NCBI GenBank assembly: GCA_040285745.1
Contig: JAUFOR010000003.1
Coordinates: 868,001-932,000, forward strand
DNA length: 64,000 nucleotides
Direction: 5' to 3'
DNA from: Barthelona sp. PCE
Taxonomy: Eukaryota
In this document: positions 1 through 9,240 of the stretch, piece after piece
How the letters are laid out: each line of letters opens with the position of its first letter
How positions within the stretch are numbered: position 1 is the first letter of the stretch
Made by a program: the position numbers and the translations under genes
Notes under the pieces: generated by a model
Databases searched by the model: none
Told to the model about the DNA's origin: nothing
Seen by the model: only the letters and a program-made list of their open reading frames with translations

Positions 1-2
1 TT

Positions 3-503
3 TCTCAACCTGTTGTTTGGATCGCAGATGATAACTGTATCTGGTGTGTAGATGTGGAAGCGGCCCCGGTGAGGTTCAAGACAGCTCTTGGTATACACGA
101 TAGAATTGTTACAGCTTCGGAATGGGGTTGTCTTGTTGAAATTGATGACAGTTTTATTTTTTTGAGGCGTACCGCCCAAGACCTAACCTTAGATTTTTCC
201 GTCGTTCACACGTGCTACTCTGCTGCCGTGGGTGTCGCAGCGCTGCTCAGTGATTCTGATGTTTATTTCGTTTCTGCAACAAGCGATGTCGTAATTGGCC
301 CACAACTTCCCCACCTCATGTATGAAAAAGTGGTACTGCTGGCCAGCGGCATTGTCTTTGCGTATACTGGAAGCAGTGTAATTGTCTGTTATGGCGATAG
401 CTTGTATGTTTTGGAAGACTACGTGTATACTGCCATTCACAAAATATCAGATTGTTGCTGCGCCTTAGAAACTGAAGATATTATACGTTTTGTGTCCTTC
501 TAA
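3..503 (+). CDS. 3' part of a hypothetical beta-strand-rich protein (5'-truncated by window edge)
   Basis: Frame open from position 3 to TAA at 501-503; no recognisable motif. Confidence 0.6.
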   Translation, partial: SQPVVWIADDNCIWCVDVEAAPVRFKTALGIHDRIVTASEWGCLVEIDDSFIFLRRTAQDLTLDFSVVHTCYSAAVGVAALLSDSDVYFVSATSDVVIGPQLPHLMYEKVVLLASGIVFAYTGSSVIVCYGDSLYVLEDYVYTAIHKISDCCCALETEDIIRFVSF

Positions 504-563
504 GCATCAAATACAAAGTCAGATTTTTGAGCTTTTTTTTAGAAACCCACTGAAACAGCAATA

Positions 564-590
564 AAACTGAAACTGAAACTGAAACTGAAA
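564..590. repeat. (AAACTG)x4.5 microsatellite
   Basis: Exact tandem hexamer in intergenic DNA. Confidence 0.8.
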
Positions 591-955
591 GGGGGTGTTT
601 TTCCACCAAATGATATTGTGCACTGTACAAGTACTATCACAGAAAAAATCTCAGAATAGTAAATAAATTTTTTGAAATCTTGTAATGTTGAGATATATGC
701 TCTTCTGCATGGTAACCGAACTGAAAACTTTATGGTTAGTGATGTCGAAGCTAAAATTTTTAAATCTCACTTCAGTAGGACAAAAGAATTGATTAGGCTC
801 ATGACCACCTTTTTTCCCGATTCCAACTTGCTAAAGAAATGGGTAATCTTTCGTCAAACATCTTTGTTATTTTGAAAAAGTAGGAAAGCATCCCAATTAA
901 AAGTTCCTTGTTTTACGTTTTTCAAACTCTTTTATTCTTATTTTTTACATTTTTG

Positions 956-2764
956 ATGTCTGGAACAACAGAAACCTTTATATCTCATCCGCTTGGAATT
1001 CTCACAGTTATTTTATTCGCTATTGGACTTGTGTTTGTCATTTTAGAAGAGATAACACATATTAAGAAGAGTAAGGTCCTCATGGTTACCTCAGGACTGT
1101 CCTGGTTGCTTGTAGCAATCAAATTCGATGGAAAAAAAACAGATGATGGACACTCATGGGTAGCACACTCAATCGAAGAGTATTTAGTGGAATACACCCA
1201 GCTTTTCTTGTTTTTATTAGCAGCAATGACTTTTGTGAACGCAATGAGCTCTCTTGGACTTTTCAATTTTCTCCGTGAGTGGATCATTAACAAACGTCTA
1301 AAGAAGCGCGCTATGTTCTGGCTCACGGGCTGTGCAGCCTTTCTGCTCTCACCCATTGCCGACAACCTGACCACCGCGCTCATACTTGGTGAGACTTTGG
1401 CCAACATTGGTGGTATCGTTACCGGACACCAGTCTGACTCTGATTCTGACTTCATCCACGACCTGGGTATTCCCCAGGAGAAGGTTCAGCAGATATGCAA
1501 GGACTTTGGAATACAATACGAAGGCGAAGAGGACACCTTGTCGGAGGATGATCCTATTGTTCTTGCATTCAGCCCCGGCATCGAGCTTAAGTCTGATGGA
1601 GAAAACTCGCCTAACATCCGTTATGATGCGTCATTCGACTACGAAGCAGGTACCTCTCGTGAGTTCGAGCTGCAGTCTCCGTCACCATCTCTCAGCATCA
1701 GTGTTACTGATTCAAACATGCTTAACCTCAACATCCCCTCTGCACTCCGCAAGTCATCATCATGCCCACCTAACACAATGACGGATCACCTATTCGACAC
1801 TGCGAAGATGAAGACGCTCGAAATGATCAAGGATGAGCGTGCAGCCGATAATAAGTTCGTAGCAGCTGCCATCTCCAACGTCGTCATCGCGGCGAATGCA
1901 GGAGGTGCTTTTTCACCGTTTGGTGACGTTACAACTCTAATGGTATGGCAAGCCCAAAAAGCGTCATTCACAGAGTTTTTCGCACTAATTCTTCCTTCGC
2001 TCGTCAACTGGATCATCCCAGCCTTCTTCATCTCACTAACCATCAAGGGTAAGGCACCACGTCACCAATTACAGAAGGACCCCCACTCACATTTAAAGCC
2101 CGGTTGCCTCGCAGTCACTGTGCTTTTCATCCTCACCATTACTTTCACGATTACGTGCCATAATCTGTTCCATCTCCCCGCATGTATCGGTATGATGTTC
2201 GGCCTCGGTGCCCTGAGTCTTCTATCGTTCTTTATCAAGAAACGCCAGAAGAAGAGAAAGCGTACCATCACTTATGTACTAAAAACAATGGGTTATGAGC
2301 TTGGTGACGAAGAATTCGACGAGGAACTCTTCGAGATGTTCCACAATATCCTTCCTAGGACCGAATGGGACTCTCTCCTATTCTTTTACAGTATCATCAT
2401 GTCTGTTGGCGCTCTCGCAAAGTTTGGGTACTTAGAGGAATTGAGCTCAATGCTGTATGGTGATCTTGGACCCACTTGGGCCAGCATCATATTTGGAATC
2501 GTCAGTGCAGTTATTGACAACATCCCGTGTATGGTTGCTGTTCTTGATATGAATCCTGCTGATATGACGACGACGAAGGACTGGCTTCTCATCACGTTGA
2601 CAACCGGTACCGGCGGTTCGCTGCTGGCGTTCGGTTCAGCTGCTGGTGTTGTTGCAATTTCGGTTAGCCGTGGTGTGTTCTCTATGAAATCGCATTTCAA
2701 ATATTTCCCTGTCATTTTCTTGGGCTACGCTGCGTCAGTTGGCCTTCATTTATTAATAAATTAA
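956..2764 (+). CDS. nhaD: NhaD-type Na+/H+ antiporter (IT/ArsB-NhaD superfamily) with large hydrophilic insert
   Basis: Many TM segments; motifs SPIADNLTTAL, NAGGAFSPFGDVTTLMVW, SAVIDNIP, GGSLLAFGSAAGV; first ATG 956 after T-rich leader. Confidence 0.85.
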   Translation: MSGTTETFISHPLGILTVILFAIGLVFVILEEITHIKKSKVLMVTSGLSWLLVAIKFDGKKTDDGHSWVAHSIEEYLVEYTQLFLFLLAAMTFVNAMSSLGLFNFLREWIINKRLKKRAMFWLTGCAAFLLSPIADNLTTALILGETLANIGGIVTGHQSDSDSDFIHDLGIPQEKVQQICKDFGIQYEGEEDTLSEDDPIVLAFSPGIELKSDGENSPNIRYDASFDYEAGTSREFELQSPSPSLSISVTDSNMLNLNIPSALRKSSSCPPNTMTDHLFDTAKMKTLEMIKDERAADNKFVAAAISNVVIAANAGGAFSPFGDVTTLMVWQAQKASFTEFFALILPSLVNWIIPAFFISLTIKGKAPRHQLQKDPHSHLKPGCLAVTVLFILTITFTITCHNLFHLPACIGMMFGLGALSLLSFFIKKRQKKRKRTITYVLKTMGYELGDEEFDEELFEMFHNILPRTEWDSLLFFYSIIMSVGALAKFGYLEELSSMLYGDLGPTWASIIFGIVSAVIDNIPCMVAVLDMNPADMTTTKDWLLITLTTGTGGSLLAFGSAAGVVAISVSRGVFSMKSHFKYFPVIFLGYAASVGLHLLIN

Positions 2765-2854
2765 GCATTTGTAAGACAATTAATGAAGTTCTTGTATTTT
2801 TAGTCTTTCCCTTTTCAGCTTTTCATCTGAAGCAACATCTTCAAAACTACAGAA

Positions 2855-4234
2855 ATGCAAACATTTTGGTATATTGCAGGAGCTATGGTTCTCCTAATGT
2901 TAACACTGTTTTGCACATCATCAGCTATGCCTATTGAAGTCTACGCTATGATGCCTCTAGATATGGTCAATGCCGACGGTTCCCTCAAGTATTCAGAAGA
3001 AGAGGTTGATCGTTGGTTCGCCAAGCTCGCCACCGCTCAACACGGCGATGCATCTAGTGGTATGATGATCGACGTTTGTTGGGGCCTCATTGAGAACGAC
3101 AGACCTAAGAAGTATAACGAAGCTGTGCTTGCAGGATATGATAAGATTTTCTCCATTGCAGAGAAAAACATGATCCCTATTCAAATCGTCCTTTCTACTC
3201 ATAAAATTGGTGGAAACGTAGGTGATAGTCTCGAAATCCCCCTCCCTCCGTTTGTAACCAAGCACCAGGATAAGGAAAACCTGTTCTACGTTGACATTTT
3301 AGGCAGTACTTCCGAAGACTTTATATCATGGGCATACAACAATAAGCCCATCGACTCTCTGGGAAGAACACCCCTCGATATGTACCAGGACTACGCCAAT
3401 TTGATCAACGACCGCTTTGTGTCCAAGTACAACATTATAGACATTGCCATTAGTGTAGGCCCCGCTTCTGAGCTACGTTACCCCAGTTACCAGCTGAACA
3501 AAGGCTGGGACTTCCCGGGTGTTGGCTCATACTGCGCGTACTCGGATCTAATGAAGGAGGATCTCAAGAGCTATGCCGCTGCACATGGTGTCTATGATCT
3601 TAACCTTGAAGATCTCGGCCTCTCTAACTACAATGATTACATCTCCGACCCAACCTTTTACTCTGAGGGTAAGTACCTCTCCCAAAACGGTGAGATCTTC
3701 CTGAAGTGGTACTTCAACCGTCTGGTGGAGCACGGTGAGGCCATCATCAAGCGCGTTGCTCCAGTCTTCCCCAACCATGTGGCCAAGCACGTAAAGGTGA
3801 GCGGAATTCACTGGTTCGCAAAGGAGGGAGTCATCCATGGTGCCGAAATGGCTGCAGGTTACATCCGCGTCGACGATTGGAATTTTAATCCTTACGCAGA
3901 GATTGCTGAGATGTTGTCCAGGAATGACGTCAACCTAGCCTTTACTTGTGCTGAAATGCGGGATTATGAACAACCAGAATACGCCCTTAGTTCCCCCGAG
4001 AATCTTGTCCGTCTCGTTCAGGCGTCCGCCGATGAGGCAGCTGCCATGAGCATTGGCGTGGAGAATGCCTTACAGAGATTCGATCAGTCAGCTTTCGATA
4101 CAGTCTTCCAACATGTAACTCGTAATCCTCAGATGAGAAGTGTTACATGGTTACGCTGGGGCGATGATATGGAGCAGGATGATAACTTCAACCGCTACAA
4201 GAACTTCATCAAGAGGCTGGGAGATCAAATCTAG
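2855..4234 (+). CDS. Beta-amylase (GH14) with N-terminal signal peptide
   Basis: YAMMPLD, HKIGGNVGD, GPASELRYPSY, KVSGIHW, FTCAEMRD, ENAL motifs; hydrophobic N-terminus. Confidence 0.92.
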   Translation: MQTFWYIAGAMVLLMLTLFCTSSAMPIEVYAMMPLDMVNADGSLKYSEEEVDRWFAKLATAQHGDASSGMMIDVCWGLIENDRPKKYNEAVLAGYDKIFSIAEKNMIPIQIVLSTHKIGGNVGDSLEIPLPPFVTKHQDKENLFYVDILGSTSEDFISWAYNNKPIDSLGRTPLDMYQDYANLINDRFVSKYNIIDIAISVGPASELRYPSYQLNKGWDFPGVGSYCAYSDLMKEDLKSYAAAHGVYDLNLEDLGLSNYNDYISDPTFYSEGKYLSQNGEIFLKWYFNRLVEHGEAIIKRVAPVFPNHVAKHVKVSGIHWFAKEGVIHGAEMAAGYIRVDDWNFNPYAEIAEMLSRNDVNLAFTCAEMRDYEQPEYALSSPENLVRLVQASADEAAAMSIGVENALQRFDQSAFDTVFQHVTRNPQMRSVTWLRWGDDMEQDDNFNRYKNFIKRLGDQI

Positions 4235-4243
4235 TAAATGAAA

Positions 4244-4462
4244 CTACTCTTTTTGTTCCTTTAACAAGAATACCGATCTTAGATTCCTTAAGAGTATCGC
4301 AAAGTCCTTCTTTAGACGATCTGTGTGTTCTCTGTATTCATCCATGCACTTTTTTGCCTCAGGAAATGTGTCAGAAATTTGCATATTTTCATAAAATCCG
4401 CTAGAGAGATCAAACAATCTTAAGAACTCGTTCTGGAAATCGATAACGCTTGCCTGTGACAT
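4244..4462 (-). CDS. KxDL-domain-like small coiled-coil protein (possible BORC subunit)
   Basis: 72 aa; EHTDRLKKDFAILLRNLR resembles the KxDL motif region. Confidence 0.5.
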   Translation of the reverse strand: MSQASVIDFQNEFLRLFDLSSGFYENMQISDTFPEAKKCMDEYREHTDRLKKDFAILLRNLRSVFLLKEQKE

Positions 4463-4646
4463 TAAAAAGTCTTAGAAAAATGTAGAAATACTGAAAACTT
4501 GGAAGGCAAATCGAAAGGTTGCTTCATTCTTCTTTTTAGAATCATATTAGTGCCATGTGAGGAGTATCTCACCCAGAAGTAAGGGTTGCCAAGCAAAAAA
4601 CATATATTTAAGATATTTACTATTATCTCAACACAGCAAGTTTAAA

Positions 4647-5327
4647 ATGAGCAAAAGAGAGTTGAAACCATTCGAAAACGTCTTCATTAGCGTTGCTGGC
4701 CTAATTGGAGCTGGAAAGTCAACCCTTTGTACAGAACTTTCTAAGGTTATGAACGGAAAAGCTTTTTATGAACCTTTAGAGGAGGAAAACCCTTACCTTG
4801 AGCTTTTTTATGCAGACATTCCCAAGTACTCTTTTCCAATGCAAATTGCCCTGCTTACAAGACGATTTGCTCAACATCAACACATTATCTGGTCTTCTTC
4901 AATGAAAACCGGTTTCTACATCAACGACAGAAGTATTTATGAAGACAGCGTCTTTGCTAAGATGCTTCGGGATAGTGGCGCAATGAGTGAACTTGATTAT
5001 AACACTTACTGCGAGTTATTCACCCAGATGTCAAATTTCATGCGCAAACCCAACGTCCTTGTGTACCTAGACGTAACCCCTGAGGAATCAATGGAAAGAA
5101 TTCGCGCTAGAAGCAGAGACTGTGAGACTGGAATATCTTTAGAGTATCTACAAAATTTACACAAAGCCTATGAGGAGTTCATTGAGGACATTAGCTTTGC
5201 TATCCCTGTCATTCGCGTTAGATGGGATAAGTTTAGAGACGCAAGCGAAACAGCAAAAGCTATCAAAGATCAATACGAACAGATTGCAAATGTACGCGTT
5301 GCAGTTTTTGATCAAGAGGAAGAATAA
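4647..5327 (+). CDS. Deoxynucleoside kinase (dAK/dGK type)
   Basis: P-loop GLIGAGKST, FYEP, NPYLELFY, DRSIYEDSVF, RIRARSR lid, YLQNLHKAYE. Confidence 0.92.
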   Translation: MSKRELKPFENVFISVAGLIGAGKSTLCTELSKVMNGKAFYEPLEEENPYLELFYADIPKYSFPMQIALLTRRFAQHQHIIWSSSMKTGFYINDRSIYEDSVFAKMLRDSGAMSELDYNTYCELFTQMSNFMRKPNVLVYLDVTPEESMERIRARSRDCETGISLEYLQNLHKAYEEFIEDISFAIPVIRVRWDKFRDASETAKAIKDQYEQIANVRVAVFDQEEE

Positions 5328-5341
5328 ACCAGATTTTACAA

Positions 5342-6094
5342 TTAACTCTCATCCTTTGGCTCAGGCTCAGCATCATCAACATTCGACTGCCTCTTCCTCA
5401 TAACATAAACATAAAAATAGGAAGATGGATTAGACGGATCATCTGTGGCGAGGGCCTTGGGGATCGTCTTGGTCTCTGTTGTCCAGTTTAAGCCATGACG
5501 AGAGAAGTGATCCAGTCGGGAATCAGGTGTTCCATAAGAAATGCAAATAAAGACGCCACCGGGCTTCAGGACACGCTGGACCTCCTTGTTCATGAGGTAG
5601 GCATTGTCAAATGACTCACGTCCACATAATAATGCATCCAGAGTAGCTTTATCGACTACAACATCGAAACTCTCGTCATCGAATGTCATGCGGCGGGTAT
5701 CCATCACCTGGAAAGTAAGCTCAGGCTGATCAGCATACTTTTGCTGCATCTGATGAACCACAGTTTCTGAGATATCAATGTTTGTAACGTTTTTGTAGCC
5801 GTCATCATATAGTTGTGTTGCCATACGGGAGTTACCACATCCCACATGCAGAATTTTTGAGCCTGAGGACAAATAAGGTCTCAAAATATCTGCGCAGTTG
5901 ACTAAAGTGCAATACCAGTCAAAATTGGAACTAGAATCCTTCTGATAACGCTAAATGTAAGTAGATGTATAAGAATAATACTTTAGATGTCGTTCATTGC
6001 GAAGAAATTTGAACATAACTCACAAAATGAACGCATCCATACTAACTATAAGACATACTTCCTCCCAATAAGCAGGTTTTCCGTACTCTGGCAT
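5342..6094 (-). CDS. METTL13/EEF1AKMT4-like class I SAM methyltransferase; exons 6094-6059 and 5950-5342
   Basis: Spliced N-terminus MPEYGKPAYWEE|RYQKDSSSNFDWY restores the family YW..RY/FDWY motif; VGCGNS, DKATLDAL, LKPGG. Confidence 0.88.
5951..6058 (-). other. Spliceosomal intron, 108 nt, with internal hairpin
   Basis: GTATGT...TACTTAC-ATTTAG; removal joins conserved coding motifs in frame. Confidence 0.9.
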
Positions 6095-6319
6095 CTAATA
6101 TTCGTGTAAAACAAGAGAAAGAGTTGAAATTCACAATAACACTTTATTCAGTTAGTTAGCCTTCATCGCTTCCTTTAATTGGTGTTAATGTAGTAAATTG
6201 TACTCATTTGCCACATTTTAAAAAGAAAATTCTTTTAGTCTGTAAACATCCAAACATTTTTTCTTTTCCACAGCCGATATTTCATAAAACATCCGATAAC
6301 ATTTACTGGTTATTGTTAT

Positions 6320-7921
6320 TTATTCCATTTTAAATGTACCACACTTATTTAAAAGATCATTGTAAAGATTTGTAGTTTTAGCGTTATGAGTAAATGTCTT
6401 ACAACGTTCTGTAACCCACTGTTCCAACTTGGAGCCGAAATCTGCCTCCTTTATCCTTCCATAACAGGCGGGGACGTCATCAAACGCAAGACCGGCGAGT
6501 ATTACACCAAGCACGTATTCAGAGTGTTGTTTAGGAGCAAACCCCATAATTTGCGAGAACGACTGGACCTTTCCGTGACAACCGTCAATGTAAAACAAAG
6601 AAAGAAGCACACCATCGGCCACGTCCTTCCTAAACCAACTGAACTCATCAAGGTACATCACAACTTTCCGTGTCTCCTCGAATACTTCTCCATAGTATGC
6701 CTCGTTGGTGATGCCGTGGAGACATGCAGCGAGACGGAGCATAGTTTGCCTGGGTATCCTTTTGAGAGCCTCAGGATGAGAAGCGACAACCTTATGGATC
6801 ATATGAACAACCATAAAGTCTATGAAGGGAACTGATGAAACTCCAAGAGCTCCCAGTGGCATAATTACTAAGTGATCAAGCTCAGGTACCAGTTTCTCAA
6901 CAACAGCAAGTCTACGGACTATTTCATCCATTTGGACATCGGGTATGACTCTCAAGAACTCGTAGATACGACCCATCAATGTGATATGGTCCTTGTAGCA
7001 CTCAAACATGCGAATGTACATATCCACGTTTTTGCTTTGTTCTGGCGGAATACCATTAGGTGGTACAGGGCACGAGAGTGGGCAGAGACGGGAAAACACA
7101 GTCATCAACGCCAAAAGATTGGAAAAACAGTAAAAATAAATCGACTCAGAGCTACCCCACAAATCTTCCAGAAAATTTGATTTCTTCTCAAAAAGTTTGA
7201 TAATAATCAATAGGAGCTCCTTGAGCACGTTGACGGCCGCAGAAGAGTGTGCAATAGTATCCTTGCAATGAAAAAGCGTAAATAACGTGTTGAATGATGC
7301 AGCTGGTAAGAAAAAATTCACGGGTAATGCAGTAAAAAAGGGATCGATACCTGTGGGGACGCGAAGACCAATGGGGAAGACGACGTTGCAAGCGTTCATA
7401 ATAAGGTTCAAACAAAAAACCTCAGACATCTCCTCAGTACATTGCACTGCCATATCAATAACTTCTAATTCATCAATCACACGCTGAAAGCTGTCTGTTT
7501 CGCCACTGCTGAAGTTGACAACCAAAACTGAGGATAAATGGAATGCGAGTAAGAGCAAACTAAGTAAACCGGAATTCATCTGCTCGGCAACGCTTTTAAT
7601 GCTAATGAGTTGTTCAAACGTGAATGCCTCGGCGTAGAACAAGCACATGACATTAGCCCAACAATCATTAAAAAGAAAATTTCCCATAAATTCATCAAGT
7701 GCCGTTTTAGAACCCTCCTGTGCAAATTTCTGCAAAGTCAGTACGAAAAGTTCAGGAAATGTGGCGCTACTAAGGAATTTCTCTGATGTAAAGTCCAATT
7801 CTGCAAACAAAATTGGCAAATCTTTACCATCAAACAGATTTTCGAAGCTTTTAAAGACTTCGTTGAACACAGGCTCGATTTCCTTGTCGATAGCCTCCAG
7901 AAATCCAGTGTTAATGCTCAT
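6320..7921 (-). CDS. Hypothetical alpha-helical protein (533 aa)
   Basis: Long ATG-initiated ORF; no recognised motif. Confidence 0.75.
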   Translation of the reverse strand: MSINTGFLEAIDKEIEPVFNEVFKSFENLFDGKDLPILFAELDFTSEKFLSSATFPELFVLTLQKFAQEGSKTALDEFMGNFLFNDCWANVMCLFYAEAFTFEQLISIKSVAEQMNSGLLSLLLLAFHLSSVLVVNFSSGETDSFQRVIDELEVIDMAVQCTEEMSEVFCLNLIMNACNVVFPIGLRVPTGIDPFFTALPVNFFLPAASFNTLFTLFHCKDTIAHSSAAVNVLKELLLIIIKLFEKKSNFLEDLWGSSESIYFYCFSNLLALMTVFSRLCPLSCPVPPNGIPPEQSKNVDMYIRMFECYKDHITLMGRIYEFLRVIPDVQMDEIVRRLAVVEKLVPELDHLVIMPLGALGVSSVPFIDFMVVHMIHKVVASHPEALKRIPRQTMLRLAACLHGITNEAYYGEVFEETRKVVMYLDEFSWFRKDVADGVLLSLFYIDGCHGKVQSFSQIMGFAPKQHSEYVLGVILAGLAFDDVPACYGRIKEADFGSKLEQWVTERCKTFTHNAKTTNLYNDLLNKCGTFKME

Positions 7922-7988
7922 GAAATTACGAAAGAGGATAGAATCGCTGAAGTAAGTTGTGTTTTGACAAATTCATCCCTTTACAAAC

Positions 7989-9239
7989 ATGACAGATGTA
8001 AAAATGTCATTTGCGTCTGATGCAGTTGAGAGGTTTATCCTAAATCTCACGCCGGAGCAACAAGTCAAACGTTTTAAACTTATGCCAGAATCGCCGTTAA
8101 CGATGAATATTGCTGCTACCATGATACAAAGAGTATACAGGGGCTATGCTATTCGCAAAAAATTCCGGAAAGGTACGTTAAACAATCCTGAAAAAATTAA
8201 GGTTGATCCAGAGGATATTGAACCCGAACCAGTTAAAGAAACAGAGACAGTTGAGCGGGCACCGACCAACCCCAACCTTCTTATGGAAAAATTCGTCAAC
8301 TTCCGATCAAACACATCTGAGAGTTTTATTGACACGCCGAGAGATCAATTTCGATCTTTCTGCGCGACAGTAATCCAGAGCACATGGCGTGGGTATCGCG
8401 TCCGTAAGGGGTTGCGTTATTTAAATGTGGTTTTCCGATCATGTGTTGCCTTGATTGAAAGCTTCTGGCTGAAACATGGCACAAAAACACCATGTAATCT
8501 CGACCCGGAGACCAGGGCAGCCATCACAATCCAGCGTGCTTGGCGAGCGTACTCTAATAGACGTATTTTTCAGTACTATAAGGTGCTTCTCAGCGGTCAT
8601 TCCGACGTGTCACCTCGCGAACTTCTTATGTACATTAACCCCCGCGAGGCCGAGCTTCTTGACGGTTCCACCAAGGCATTTGTTAGATTTCGTCTTGTTG
8701 GGTGGCCTCCGACAGTTTGGTATAAGATATTCACTGCTGGTGCAATTTGTGATGTTGGAGCTTTTGCCCCTCGAGACTATACAGACCCGGAAGCGAACTG
8801 GTACCAGCGGATGACAAACAATAACTGGCGGCCGGTGGACGAGAGCTTCATGTATGTTGCTGGAAGAGAGCATGGGCTGGAAACACCGTGGGACAAGGTG
8901 CGGGAGCGGGAGAAGATGGCTCAAACTAAGAAGATGCGCACGTTCTACCACCACAACAAGACACAGAGACAGAAAACAGAGAAGAAGAAGAGAAAGGAAA
9001 AACGGCAACAATGGATGGAGATGCTCTACACAAATGTTCTAAAGGATGAAGCGAAGGTCAAGCGAGATGAGCCCGTCAGCGCAAGTACGAGCGTGGCAAG
9101 TAGCGTGGAGGAAGTTGTTGACCTGGATGCAATAGATCTTGACGAAAACATGGAGGATCTGCTGGATTGGACAGAAAACCTTGACTTCGAGGCATACCAG
9201 CAGGAATGGGAAATGACAGCAGTGAGCGCAATCCAATGA
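7989..9239 (+). CDS. IQ-motif protein, C11orf65/MFI-like
   Basis: Three IQxxxRG-type motifs; INPREAELLD, VRFRL..PP.VWYKIFT, WYQR..NNNWRPV resemble C11orf65 family. Confidence 0.75.
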   Translation: MTDVKMSFASDAVERFILNLTPEQQVKRFKLMPESPLTMNIAATMIQRVYRGYAIRKKFRKGTLNNPEKIKVDPEDIEPEPVKETETVERAPTNPNLLMEKFVNFRSNTSESFIDTPRDQFRSFCATVIQSTWRGYRVRKGLRYLNVVFRSCVALIESFWLKHGTKTPCNLDPETRAAITIQRAWRAYSNRRIFQYYKVLLSGHSDVSPRELLMYINPREAELLDGSTKAFVRFRLVGWPPTVWYKIFTAGAICDVGAFAPRDYTDPEANWYQRMTNNNWRPVDESFMYVAGREHGLETPWDKVREREKMAQTKKMRTFYHHNKTQRQKTEKKKRKEKRQQWMEMLYTNVLKDEAKVKRDEPVSASTSVASSVEEVVDLDAIDLDENMEDLLDWTENLDFEAYQQEWEMTAVSAIQ

Positions 9240-9240
9240 T

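Noticed and set aside
6165-6205. U2 snRNA-like words ATCGCTTC...TGTAGTA
   Set aside because: Lacks the conserved GCTAAGATCA segment and stem I; spacing is wrong
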